From Alphaproteobacteria bacterium (GTDB taxonomy: Bacteria; Pseudomonadota; Alphaproteobacteria; CALKHQ01), in the NCBI GenBank assembly GCA_050329975.1, contig JBHJOG010000289.1:1-55895 (forward strand): 55,895 bases of DNA. Reading direction: 5' to 3'. Below, piece by piece: positions 1-9,458 of this stretch (position 1 is the stretch's first letter; every line of letters starts with the position of its first letter). The translations under genes were made by a program, and so were the position numbers. Below the pieces are notes generated by a model. It saw nothing but the letters and a program-made list of their open reading frames with translations, searched no databases and was not told the origin of the DNA.

Positions 1-140
1 CGTACAAATCGCTAAAATATTAACGCCTTACAATACCGTATTCGCAAGTCTTGGTCAAGTCGATAGACGCCGTGGCTTCAGGCGTCGAGCCGGCGAGGCG
101 GGGCTCCGCGGTGTGGCGGCAGGTCGCCCGGGGCCGGCGG

Positions 141-568
141 CTAATCCAGCCGGCCTTCCGCCACCGGGTCGGAGAGGTAGTACAGGGTGTAGTCGCCCGG
201 ACTGCCGTCGGTCAGGTAGTAGAAAGTCTTGTCGAAGGCGGTGTCGATGAAGTCGCCGGTAATGGAGTTGGTCGTGTTGGTGGTGATGCCCTCGCCCAGG
301 AACTGGCCGAGCGGGATTGCCGGTAGGCCGTTCGGCCCGACGAGCTGGATGTCGCGGGTCCAGAGCAGGAAACCCGGGCGGCTGCCCAGAGTGGTGTCCA
401 TCCATCAGGGGGATCACGTCGAAATCGACCTGGACGATCTGCCCGGCCTTTGGGGGTGATGCTGCCGACCACAGCCTGACGGAGGACGCTGTTGACGGAG
501 TCGAGACGGTCCAGCGGCGTGATCCCGGTGATGGTGAAGCGGGCGGTTTCGCCGGGGGTCGGCGGCGG
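141..568 (-). pseudogene. 5'-truncated, twice-frameshifted third paralog of the exported proteins at 798-1724 and 1806-2744
   Basis: Three successive frames read PPPTPGETARFTITGITPLDRLDSVNSVLRQAVVGSITP / KAGQIVQVDFDVIPLM / DTTLGSRPGFLLWTRDIQLVGPNGLP...KTFYYLTDGSPGDYTLYYLSDPVAEGRLD*. These align to the C-terminal half of 1806-2744 (ISPGDTAAFVITG...SAGQIVKVDFDITPLM...KTFYYLTDGSAGTYTLYFLGDPVAEAVLE). Frameshifts are an extra base in the TTTGGGGG run (449-456) and a TCCA duplication (397-404). Confidence 0.8.
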
Positions 569-680
569 GCAGTTCCTGGAAGCCGCCCTGCAGGGCGGCT
601 ACCTAGTGCGCGGAGAAGAAGGGGTCGACGACGACGAAGCCGTCGCGCCGGAATTGCGCGGCGAGATCTTTGGTAGCCAT
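569..680 (-). pseudogene. N-terminal remnant resembling a phytanoyl-CoA dioxygenase (PhyH)-family gene
   Basis: Strong RBS GGAGGAG before ATG 680. Reads MATKDLAAQFRRDGFVVVDPFFSAH*VAALQGGFQEL; F-x-x-DGF-hydrophobic-FFS is typical of PhyH N-termini. In-frame TAG at 603-605. Confidence 0.5.
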
Positions 681-797
681 CGGAACTCCTCCCCAGGGCC
701 TGCGCAACGCTGACGGCGCGCTTGAGCCGAAGACTATCACCGGTATCGGAGGCGAGGAAGGCCGGGCCACTGTCGACGGCGAGGTCATCGCAGTGCA

Positions 798-1724
798 TCA
801 TTCCAGAGCAATTTCGCCGACCGCGTCGGTCAGGAAGTACAGCGTGTACGCCCCAGGTGCGCCATCGGTGAGGAAGTAGAGCGATTCTGCGAAGGGGCCG
901 GCAGGGAAGCTGTCAGCCGCCAGCGTGACGGCGCTGTTGCTGAGCGAACCGCCGCTCTTGCGGCCGAGGCCGAACGCCGGCTGTCCGTCCGGGCCGACAA
1001 GCAGCAGGTAGCGGGGATAGTAGACGAAGCCGCTGCTGCCGTCGAGTCGGGTGTTCATCTGCGGCGAGATCTCGAGGTCGAGCTGCACGATCTGCCCGCC
1101 ATTCCCCGACATGCTGCCTGCGACGGCGGGGCCGGAGCCGTAGAGGGAAAGGTCGATGCTGTCGACATCGCTGATCCCTGTCACGGCGAAGCTGGCGGTA
1201 TCCGACGGGCTCATGGGCGCGCCCGTTTCCTGCGGGATATCGATGTCGATGGCGAAGTGCTCGCCGAAGGTAACGGTGGCCGCGGTGGCACCGGCGGGCA
1301 CCGCCCAGACCGCCTCGATGAGCATGTCGGCGTCTTCATCCGGCCAGTTGCGCGGGCGCCGGGCCGAGACGTAGCGGGGCTCGGCCTCGAACACGCCGCG
1401 ATAGAGATAGCCGCCGGCCGGACCATAGGGGTCGGCGCCGTCGACGGTTATCGTCAGATCCGCACCCCCCAGCGAAACGCTGTCCAGGTCGTCCGACCAC
1501 GGCACGTCGATGACCGCGGAGAGGTGGATCAGCACATGGCCGGGCGCCGAAATCGTCACCGGCGCGCAGCACGGCAGGCCTGAATCTTCCCTGGCATCGA
1601 CCAGGCTGTCATAGCGGCTGAGTTCGAGCGACAGGAACGGCCAAGGTTCCTGCGCTTGGCTGGTCGCAGCCAGGCTGCAGGCGAAGACGGCGACGGCCAC
1701 GGAACCGGAGATGCGATAGGGCAT
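798..1724 (-). CDS. Exported protein of unknown function (paralog 2)
   Basis: 308 aa, Sec-type signal (…SLAATSQA|QEPWP), CCAP motif, full-length similarity to 1806-2744, high-GC codon usage. Confidence 0.85.
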   Translation of the reverse strand: MPYRISGSVAVAVFACSLAATSQAQEPWPFLSLELSRYDSLVDAREDSGLPCCAPVTISAPGHVLIHLSAVIDVPWSDDLDSVSLGGADLTITVDGADPYGPAGGYLYRGVFEAEPRYVSARRPRNWPDEDADMLIEAVWAVPAGATAATVTFGEHFAIDIDIPQETGAPMSPSDTASFAVTGISDVDSIDLSLYGSGPAVAGSMSGNGGQIVQLDLEISPQMNTRLDGSSGFVYYPRYLLLVGPDGQPAFGLGRKSGGSLSNSAVTLAADSFPAGPFAESLYFLTDGAPGAYTLYFLTDAVGEIALE

Positions 1725-1805
1725 GGGGAATCCTAACTCTTGCGAGGAGGCGGAGCGTCTCGTGGGCGAACCTGTATGGCAGCGCTGGGTCGCCGGGGGG
1801 CAAGC

Positions 1806-2744
1806 CTATTCCAGCACCGCTTCGGCCACCGGATCGCCGAGGAAATACAGGGTGTAGGTGCCGGCTGAGCCGTCGGTCAGATAGTAGAAGGTCTTGTCGT
1901 AGGTGCTGCCCAGATAGCTGTTGCCCGAGAAGGAGTTGGTGGTGTTTGTGGTCATGCTGTCGCTCAGATACTGCCCGAGGGGCGCCGTCGGCAGTCCACT
2001 GGGGCCGACGAGCTGCAGATAGCGCGTGTACAGCAGGTAACCGTCGTTGCCGCCAATGTTCGAGTGCATCAGCGGCGTGATGTCAAAGTCGACCTTGACG
2101 ATCTGGCCGGCGCTCGGAACCAGCGAACCGGGAATCTTCTGGCGGTTGGCCGATTGCTCGAACTCGAGGCTGTCGACGCGGCTGAAGCCGGTGATGACGA
2201 ACGCGGCGGTATCCCCGGGCGAAATCGGATCGCTTACCACCTGTGGCAGGTCGATCTCGGCGGCAAAGGCTTCGTCGATCGCCAGGGTCGCCGTTGTCGC
2301 GTCTTCCGGCAGCATCCAGACCTGCTCCATGACCAGGTGCTCGTCGGATTCCGGCCAGTCGCGCGGCCTCGACGCGGATACCCCGCCGCCGGCCACTTCA
2401 AACAGGCCGCGGCGGTCGAAATCGCCGATCGGTCCGACCGGTTCCCCGCCGGGCACCGTCATGGTCAGCTTGCCGGATGTGGCCGAAACCCGGTCCAGGT
2501 CTTCCGACCAGGGCACGTCGATCACGGCTGAAACATGCACCAGGGCGAATCCTGGCTGAGCCCGCATCAGATACGGCGCGCAACAGGCGATGCCGTGGTC
2601 GTCACCGGTGCTGATCAGGCTGTCGTAGCGCATCACCTCGAGCGACACGAACGGCCATGCCTCCTGAGACAGCGCTGGTGAGGCGAGAAAGGCACTGGCG
2701 GTGGCAGCAGCGGAGAGAAGCAAGACAGAGCGGCGGTGAAGCAC
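1806..2744 (-). CDS. Exported protein of unknown function (paralog 1)
   Basis: Start reassigned to GTG 2744 (RBS GGAG upstream). Signal VLHRRSVLLLSAAATASAFLASPALS|QEAWP (possible twin-Arg), CCAP motif. Confidence 0.85.
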   Translation of the reverse strand: MLHRRSVLLLSAAATASAFLASPALSQEAWPFVSLEVMRYDSLISTGDDHGIACCAPYLMRAQPGFALVHVSAVIDVPWSEDLDRVSATSGKLTMTVPGGEPVGPIGDFDRRGLFEVAGGGVSASRPRDWPESDEHLVMEQVWMLPEDATTATLAIDEAFAAEIDLPQVVSDPISPGDTAAFVITGFSRVDSLEFEQSANRQKIPGSLVPSAGQIVKVDFDITPLMHSNIGGNDGYLLYTRYLQLVGPSGLPTAPLGQYLSDSMTTNTTNSFSGNSYLGSTYDKTFYYLTDGSAGTYTLYFLGDPVAEAVLE

Positions 2745-2988
2745 AGGTGACTCCAATGAGCTGTGTGAAGATCTGTACGATGGCGTTATCTTCCTGCAGC
2801 ATAGCCGGGACTGAACCTCAGGCAAGTCGTTGCCGCAATTCTCGGCGGCCCGGATGGCACGCTGCCCCGCATTCCTGATCGATATCGCGCTCGGCGATTT
2901 TTGGGCGCCCGGCGCCCGGCTGTGCTAGGGCAGGCGCAACGGCATATCGCGGCCGATCGAAACTGAAGAATCCGGGAGGAATTGAGCC

Positions 2989-3996
2989 ATGACAAAAATG
3001 AAATGGGGCATCATCAGCACGGCGCTGATCGGAACGGCGAAGGTGATTCCGGGGATGCAGCAGAGCCCGGACTGCGAGATCGTCGCGATCGGCTCGCGCT
3101 CGCTCGAAAAGGCGAAGGCGGCGGCGGAAAAGCTGGGGATTCCCAGGGCCTACGGCTCCTACGAGGAGCTGCTCGCCGACTCCGAGATCGAGGCGGTCTA
3201 CAACCCGCTGCCCAACGACCTGCACGTGCCGGTGTCGATCCAGGCGCTGGAGGCGGGCAAGCACGTGCTGTGCGAGAAGCCGATCTCGATGAACGCACCC
3301 GAACTGGAGGCGCTGATCGCGGCCCGCGACCGAACCGGCAAGCAGTGCGTCGAGGCGTTCATGGTCCGGCACCACCCGCAGTGGCAGCGGACGCGCGAGC
3401 TGGCCAAGTCCGGCGCGCTGGGGCGGGTGCGGGCGGTGCAGGGGCTGTTCACCTATTTCCTGCGCGACCCTGCCAACATCCGCAACATCCCGGAGAACGG
3501 CGGCGGCGGCATCTACGACATCGGCTGCTATCCGATCGTCACCTCGCGCTACGTCTTCGGCGAGGAGCCGACCCGGGTGGCGGCGATCGTCGAGAAGGAC
3601 CCGGATTTCGGCATCGACCGGCTGGCCTCGGTGCTGCTCGACTATCCGTCGGGCCAGGCCGCCTTCATCTGTTCGACCCAGCTCACGCCCTACCAGCGGA
3701 TGCACATCGTCGGCGAGAAGGGGCGGGTCGAGGTGGAAATCCCTTTCAACGCGCCGCCGGACAGGCCGTGCCGGATCTTCGTCGACGACGGCAAGGTCCT
3801 GGGCGACGGCGGTCGCAAGGTCGAGGAGTTCCCGATTTGCGACCAGTACACGCTGCAGGGGACCGCGGTGACCCACCTGTTCCAGCGCAACGATTCCGGC
3901 GAGTTCCCGCTGGAGGACGCGATGAAGAACATGAAGGTGATCGACGCGGTCTTCAAGGCGGGCGAGACCGGGCGGTGGGTGGAGATTGCACGCTAG
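2989..3996 (+). CDS. Gfo/Idh/MocA family oxidoreductase
   Basis: WGIISTALIG N-terminus, KHVLCEKP motif, GGGIYDIGCY; RBS GGAGGA. Confidence 0.93.
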   Translation: MTKMKWGIISTALIGTAKVIPGMQQSPDCEIVAIGSRSLEKAKAAAEKLGIPRAYGSYEELLADSEIEAVYNPLPNDLHVPVSIQALEAGKHVLCEKPISMNAPELEALIAARDRTGKQCVEAFMVRHHPQWQRTRELAKSGALGRVRAVQGLFTYFLRDPANIRNIPENGGGGIYDIGCYPIVTSRYVFGEEPTRVAAIVEKDPDFGIDRLASVLLDYPSGQAAFICSTQLTPYQRMHIVGEKGRVEVEIPFNAPPDRPCRIFVDDGKVLGDGGRKVEEFPICDQYTLQGTAVTHLFQRNDSGEFPLEDAMKNMKVIDAVFKAGETGRWVEIAR

Positions 3997-4011
3997 CGGG
4001 AGGGTGAACGG

Positions 4012-4533
4012 ATGGGCGACCGGCAGCAGGCCCTGCGCGATGCGCAGGCGCCTTTGAAGGCTGAATACAAGGAGAAGCCGGAGGCGGCGCGCTGGACGCT
4101 GAAGGCGTCGGGCGCCCTGGAGCCGGCGAAGCTGGCCTGCACCATCGACGGCCATACCGGGCCGGTGGAGGCCGGACTGCACCCCGCGACCGGAGGCGGC
4201 GACGGCAGCCAGGCCTGCTCGGGCGACATGCTGCTGCAGGCGCTGTGCGCCTGCGCCGGGGTGACCCTGACGGCAGTGGCGACCGCGATGGGGCTGGACG
4301 TGCGCGGCGGCCGGGTCAGCGCCGAGGGCGACCTGGACTTCCGCGGCACGCTCGGCGTCGACAAGGCGGCGCCGGTCGGCTTCTCGGCGATCCGGCTCGC
4401 CTTCGCGGTCAACGGCAGCCTGAGCGAGGAGCAGCAGGCGACGCTGGTCAAGCTGACCGAGCGCTACTGCGTCGTCGCCCGCACCATCGCCAGCGGCTGC
4501 CCGGTCAGCGCGCGCCTGACGGTCGGCGGGTAG
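4012..4533 (+). CDS. OsmC/Ohr family protein
   Basis: CSGDMLLQALCACAG and ERYCVV cysteines, GDLDFRGTLGV. Confidence 0.9.
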   Translation: MGDRQQALRDAQAPLKAEYKEKPEAARWTLKASGALEPAKLACTIDGHTGPVEAGLHPATGGGDGSQACSGDMLLQALCACAGVTLTAVATAMGLDVRGGRVSAEGDLDFRGTLGVDKAAPVGFSAIRLAFAVNGSLSEEQQATLVKLTERYCVVARTIASGCPVSARLTVGG

Positions 4534-4563
4534 GCGCGCCGGCAGCCGGGACCAAACTGCCGG

Positions 4564-6396
4564 ATGAGCACCGACCTCGCGATCGTCCTCGGCCTGCTCG
4601 CGGCTACCATCGTCATGTTCGCGGTCAACCGGCCGCGGATGGACGTGGTGGCGCTGATCATGATGACGGCGCTGCCGCTGACCGGCGTGATCAGCATGCC
4701 CGAGGCACTGGTCGGGCTGAGCGACCCGAACATCGTGCTGATCGCCGCTCTGTTCGTCATCGGCGAGGCGCTGGTGCGCACCGGGGTCGCGCAGCGGCTG
4801 GGCGACCTGCTGATCCGGCGCGCCGGCCGCAACGAGGCCCGGCTGGTCGTGCTGCTGATGGCGATCGTCGCCGGCATCGGCTCGTTCATGAGCTCGACCG
4901 GGGTGGTGGCGATCTTCATTCCGGTCGTGCTGCGGATCGCGCGGACCGGCGGCATCGCGCCCGGGCGGCTGATGATGCCGCTCAGCGTGGCCGCGCTGAT
5001 CAGCGGGATGATGACCCTGGTCGCGACCGCTCCGAATCTGGTGGTGCATGCCGAACTGGTCCGCCAGGGGCATGACGGGTTCGGCTTCTTCGACTTCACG
5101 CCGTTCGGCGTGCCGATCCTGGTGCTGGCGATCCTCTACATGCTGTTCGCCCGGCGCTGGCTGGCGGCGGCCCCGGCAAAGGCCGACGGCCCGTCACGGC
5201 CGCGGCTGGCGGACTGGATCGAGGAATACGGGTTGGCCGACCGCGAGCATCGGCTGCGGCTGCTGCCCGGCTCGCCGTGGGCAGGCCGGCGGCTCGACGC
5301 GCTCGACCTGCGCGCGACCTCCGGCATCAACATCGTCGCGATCGAGCGCCGGAGCCGGTTCTCGGCCGCACTGGTCAAGCCGACCGCGGTCACCGTGCTG
5401 GAGGCAGGCGACGTCCTGTTCCTCGATATCCGCGATCCGGCGACCGACGTCGCCGCGCTCTGCCGGGACGCGGCACTGCACTGGCTGCCGCTGACCGGGC
5501 AGTACTTCTCCGATCAGTCGCAGGAGATCGGCATGGCCGAGCTGATGGTCCCCGCCACCTCGCGGCTGATCGGCAAGACCGTGGTCGATGTGCATTTCCG
5601 GACCCAGTACGACCTCGCCGTGATCGGCCTCAAGCGCGGGACCGCTGCCCAGCAGGGGAGCATCCTCGCCGAGCCGATGAAGCTCGGCGACACGCTGCTC
5701 GTGGTCGGGGCGTGGCGGGCGATCCGCAGGCTGCAGGCCGACCGGCGCGACCTGATCGTGCTGACCGAGCCGGCCGAGCTCGACGACGTGGTTCCGGCGC
5801 CCACGCGCGCGCCGTTCGCGATCGGGATCCTGGCGCTGGTCGTCGTCCTGATGGTGGCCGGCGTCGTGCCCAACGTGCAGGCGGTGCTGTTCGGCTGTCT
5901 GCTGCTCGGGCTGTTCGGATGCGTCGACATGAACAGCGCCTATCGCTCGATCCACTGGCAGAGCCTGATCCTGATCGTCGGCATGCTGCCGTTCTCGCTC
6001 GCGCTGCAGAACACCGGCGGCGTCGACCTGGCCGCGGAGGCCCTGCTGGCGATCGTCGCCGATGCCGGCCCGCGCACGACCCTTGCGGCCATATTCGGGC
6101 TGACTGCGCTGCTCAGCCTGTTCGTTTCCAACACCGCGACCGCCGTCCTGATGGCGCCGGTGGCGATGGCGGTCGCCGCGGAGCTTGGCGCCTCGCCCTA
6201 TCCGTTTGCGATGACGGTGGCGCTTGCGGCCTCGGCCGCCTTCATGACGCCCGTCTCCTCACCGGTGAACACCCTGGTCGTCGGGCCGGGCAACTACCGC
6301 TTCTTCGACTTCGTGCGGATCGGGGTCCCGTTCACCCTGGTGACGATGGCGACCACTGTGCTGCTGGTGCCGCTGATCTTTCCGTTCAACCTCTGA
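4564..6396 (+). CDS. SLC13/DASS family permease with two TrkA-C domains
   Basis: Hydrophobic N- and C-terminal halves (SNTATAVLMAP, TPVSSPVNTLVVGPGNYRF) flanking two soluble RCK_C-like repeats. Confidence 0.92.
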   Translation: MSTDLAIVLGLLAATIVMFAVNRPRMDVVALIMMTALPLTGVISMPEALVGLSDPNIVLIAALFVIGEALVRTGVAQRLGDLLIRRAGRNEARLVVLLMAIVAGIGSFMSSTGVVAIFIPVVLRIARTGGIAPGRLMMPLSVAALISGMMTLVATAPNLVVHAELVRQGHDGFGFFDFTPFGVPILVLAILYMLFARRWLAAAPAKADGPSRPRLADWIEEYGLADREHRLRLLPGSPWAGRRLDALDLRATSGINIVAIERRSRFSAALVKPTAVTVLEAGDVLFLDIRDPATDVAALCRDAALHWLPLTGQYFSDQSQEIGMAELMVPATSRLIGKTVVDVHFRTQYDLAVIGLKRGTAAQQGSILAEPMKLGDTLLVVGAWRAIRRLQADRRDLIVLTEPAELDDVVPAPTRAPFAIGILALVVVLMVAGVVPNVQAVLFGCLLLGLFGCVDMNSAYRSIHWQSLILIVGMLPFSLALQNTGGVDLAAEALLAIVADAGPRTTLAAIFGLTALLSLFVSNTATAVLMAPVAMAVAAELGASPYPFAMTVALAASAAFMTPVSSPVNTLVVGPGNYRFFDFVRIGVPFTLVTMATTVLLVPLIFPFNL

Positions 6397-6405
6397 GCCG
6401 CAGGT

Positions 6406-6879
6406 TCAGCCCGGAAAGGCCATCGCCCACAGGATGTGGTCGACAGGTCCGTTGTCGCCGGCGAAGGGCAGCAGCAGGCGCTGGTAGGGGACCCGGATCG
6501 ATAGGTCGACCTCGTTCAGGGTGACCTCGCTGATGACCGGCAGCCGCTCCTCGGCACAGGCGCGATGGGCGGCAAGGACGTCAAGCTGGGCAGGTCCGAC
6601 GAACTGGTCGGCGAGGAAGCTGCCGGGCAGGTTCCGGCCGTAGCGCTCGGCGATCTCCTCGCCGACGCTGGTGAACCGGAAGTCGGCGCCTTCGACCCGC
6701 AGGGTGGCGAGGAAGCGAAGGTCGGGCGCCAACGCGGAGAGCTGCAGCCGGTCGTAGGCGGGCAGAGCGTCGTCCTCGACCAGCGACTGCCAGTGGGCAT
6801 AGACCCGCCCCAGCCGGCCATGCCAGACGCCCTCGCCAAGCAGGGCTTTGCCGTCGCCGGCGATGATCCGGAACCGCAT
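6406..6879 (-). CDS. Stand-alone PAS domain protein (PAS_5-like)
   Basis: YAHWQSL…LP, FRFTSVGEEI, YQRLLLPF pattern; start set at ATG 6879. Confidence 0.75.
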   Translation of the reverse strand: MRFRIIAGDGKALLGEGVWHGRLGRVYAHWQSLVEDDALPAYDRLQLSALAPDLRFLATLRVEGADFRFTSVGEEIAERYGRNLPGSFLADQFVGPAQLDVLAAHRACAEERLPVISEVTLNEVDLSIRVPYQRLLLPFAGDNGPVDHILWAMAFPG

Positions 6880-7136
6880 CGGTGCGGTCTCTAGCGCTCG
6901 GGCGCGGCGCGGACCGCGGCAGGACCCTGGCGTCTCGCTCCAGGTCGGTGGTGTCGCACGGCGATGCTCCCCAGGCACGCAGGCAGGTTGATTCCGAGGT
7001 CGCGCCGCGGCTCAACCTCGGCGTTCGGCATCATATAATGGTATGCCTAAACCGGTAAAACCAGATTGCGTTATTTGACGTTAACGCCAATCCTAGGCGA
7101 ATTATTCGGCAATGTCTCCTGGTGATTCCCGTTCTG

Positions 7137-7979
7137 TCAGTCGAGACCTTGCAGGATGGCAGCGTGATGCCCGAGGTGGTCGGCGATGAACGTCTGGATG
7201 AAGTAATAGCTGTGGTCGTAGCCTGGCTGCGTCCGGAGCTGACAGTGCTGACCGGCGGCTGCACAGGCGGCGGCAAAGACGTCGGGGCGCAGCTGCTCGG
7301 CCAGGAACTGGTCCGCATCGCCCTGGTCGATCAGGATCCTGTGATCCGTCGGCCGGCGTTTGACCAGTTCCGTCGCATCGTGCTCGGCCCAGGCGGCGCG
7401 GTCGGCGCCGAGATAGGCGCCGAAGGCCTTGACGCCCCAGGGCACGTCGACGGGATGGCAGATCGGCGCGAAGGCGGAGAGGCTGCGAAAGCGCTGCGGG
7501 TGCTTCAGCGCCAGGGTCAGCGCCCCGTGGCCGCCCATCGAATGGCCCATGATGCCGCTGCGATGCGGCTCCACCGGGAACCGTGCGGCGACCAGCGCCG
7601 GCAGCTCGTTCACGATGTAGGAGGCCATCCGGTAGTGGGCCGACCAGGGCTCGACGGTCGCATCAATGTAGAAGCCGGCGCCGGTACCGAGGTCCCAGTC
7701 GTCGTCCTCGCCCGCCACACCGGCACCCCGTGGGCTGGTGTCGGGGAAGACGAGCGCAAGCCCGTGCTCGGCCGCGAAGCGCTGGGCGTGCGCCTTGATC
7801 GTCGCGGTTTCCTCGGTGCAGGTCAGGCCGGCCAGGTAGTAGACGACCGGCACCGGCCGGCTGCGCGCCTGCGGCGGCTGGTACACCGCGAAGCGCATCG
7901 GCGTGCCGGTGCTGGTGCTGTCGTGGCGGTAGAAGCCCTGGATGCCGCCGTGGCAGGCCTGTTCGGAAATGGTTTCCAT
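7137..7979 (-). CDS. fghA: S-formylglutathione hydrolase
   Basis: YLAGLTCTEE, GTGAGFYIDAT, GHSMGGHGA nucleophile motif, GYDHSYYFI. Confidence 0.96.
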   Translation of the reverse strand: METISEQACHGGIQGFYRHDSTSTGTPMRFAVYQPPQARSRPVPVVYYLAGLTCTEETATIKAHAQRFAAEHGLALVFPDTSPRGAGVAGEDDDWDLGTGAGFYIDATVEPWSAHYRMASYIVNELPALVAARFPVEPHRSGIMGHSMGGHGALTLALKHPQRFRSLSAFAPICHPVDVPWGVKAFGAYLGADRAAWAEHDATELVKRRPTDHRILIDQGDADQFLAEQLRPDVFAAACAAAGQHCQLRTQPGYDHSYYFIQTFIADHLGHHAAILQGLD

Positions 7980-8045
7980 GGGTCCTCCCCGGATGCTGGA
8001 CGTGGCTGCAGACCCGTCTAGCACGGATGGGGTCCGGGGTCCCGG

Positions 8046-9458
8046 TCAGAGACGGCCGAGCAGCAGCGCGACCGAGGGGACCGCCACCAGCAAGGCGATG
8101 CGGACGATCTCAACCGAGAAAAAGGGCATCACGCCGCGGAAGGTGCGGCTCATCGGCACATCCCGGGCCAGGGCATGGATGATGAAGACGTTGAGCCCCA
8201 CCGGGGGCGTGATCAGCCCAAGCTCGACCACGACCAGCGCCAGGATGCCGAACCAGATCTGCAGGTCGGCGTTGCTCAGTCCGAACGCCGCGTCGGCGGG
8301 AAGCACGGCGGCGCCACCGTTCAGCGCCTGGATTACCGGCCACAGGAACGGCACCGCGACCAGCACCATCGACAGGCTCTCCATCACGCAGCCGAGCACG
8401 ACGAACAGGACCAGGATCGCGACCAGCACCAGATAGGGGTCGAACGCGCTGCCGACGATGAGGTCGGCGAGCGCCTGGGGCAGGTTGGAGCGGGCGAAGA
8501 AGATGCCGACCATCCGGGCGCCGAACAGGATGAAGTAGATCATCCCGGCGGTGACGGCGGTCTCCAACACCGCGGCGCGCAGCCCGGTCCAGGTGAGCCC
8601 GTCGCCGGTGTGCCAGCGCACGGCCAGCCCGTAGACCAGGACGGCGAAGGCGCCGACCCCGGCCGCAGGGGTTGGCAGGAACAGCCCGAAGGCCAGCCCT
8701 CCGATCAGGAGCCCGAAGATGGCGGCGACCGGCAGCAGGCGCAGGATCGCGCCCCGCCACGCCTTCGGCGCCATCGCCGGCCCGAGCGGCGCGATCTCCG
8801 GCCGCAGCCGGACCAGCACCATGACGGTGGCGATGAACAGGGCGACCGCCAGCAGGCCGGGCAGCAGCGCCGCGCGGAACATGTCGAGCACCGACGCCTC
8901 GACAACGATCGCGTAGAGCACCAGCACGACCGACGGGGGGATCAGGATACCCAGCGTGCCGCCCGCGGCCAGCACGCCGGTGGCCAGCGCAGGGTCGTAG
9001 GAGAGCCGGCGCAGCTCGGGCAGCGCCACCTGGCCCATGGTCGAGGCGGTTGCGAGCGAGGAGCCGGAGACCGCGCCGAAACCGGCGCAGGCGCCGATCG
9101 CCGCGATCGCGACCCCGCCGCGCCGGCGGCCGAACAGGGCATTGAACCCGTTGAACAGGTCGCGGCTGAGCCCGCCCCGGGCGGCGAGGTAGCCCATCAG
9201 CACGAACAGCGGGATCACCGACAGGTCGTAGCCCTCGAACAGGCTCCACATCTCGTACTTGAACCGGCTGAGCTCGGCGCTGAAGCGGACCACCGCCGGC
9301 TGGGCGATGTCGGCCTCGCGGCTGAGCGCGGCAAGCCCGCCGAGCCCGACCGTCGCCATGGCAAGGCCGACCGGGATCCGCAGCAGGATCAGGACGAAGA
9401 GCAGGCCGAGCCCGATTGCGCCGATCGCTTCGCGCGACAGCGGGAAGAGGTCAGCCAT
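8046..9458 (-). CDS. dctM: TRAP transporter large permease
   Basis: IPLFVLMG, GSSLATASTM, GGTLGILIPPS, ELGLITPPVGLN; start ATG 9458 overlaps the dctQ stop. Confidence 0.93.
   Translation of the reverse strand: MADLFPLSREAIGAIGLGLLFVLILLRIPVGLAMATVGLGGLAALSREADIAQPAVVRFSAELSRFKYEMWSLFEGYDLSVIPLFVLMGYLAARGGLSRDLFNGFNALFGRRRGGVAIAAIGACAGFGAVSGSSLATASTMGQVALPELRRLSYDPALATGVLAAGGTLGILIPPSVVLVLYAIVVEASVLDMFRAALLPGLLAVALFIATVMVLVRLRPEIAPLGPAMAPKAWRGAILRLLPVAAIFGLLIGGLAFGLFLPTPAAGVGAFAVLVYGLAVRWHTGDGLTWTGLRAAVLETAVTAGMIYFILFGARMVGIFFARSNLPQALADLIVGSAFDPYLVLVAILVLFVVLGCVMESLSMVLVAVPFLWPVIQALNGGAAVLPADAAFGLSNADLQIWFGILALVVVELGLITPPVGLNVFIIHALARDVPMSRTFRGVMPFFSVEIVRIALLVAVPSVALLLGRL

Noticed and set aside
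55-801. 248-aa ORF as an intact gene
   Set aside because: Only about 16 aa (KAGQIVQVDFDVIPLM) match the paralog family; the rest is off-frame through the pseudogene.
2818-5073. 751-aa antisense ORF (likewise 25303-27744, 34394-36937, 15716-17626, 32210-33880, 52768-54510)
   Set aside because: Stop-poor antisense/alternative frames expected at this GC content; they overlap well-supported genes and show no motifs.
6891-7034. 47-codon minus-strand sORF upstream of the PAS gene
   Set aside because: No RBS, atypical codons and no recognisable features.
7068-7086. Possible CtrA boxes (also near 20-35, 13434-13448 and 40097-40103)
   Set aside because: Only half-sites or wrong spacing relative to TTAA-N7-TTAA.
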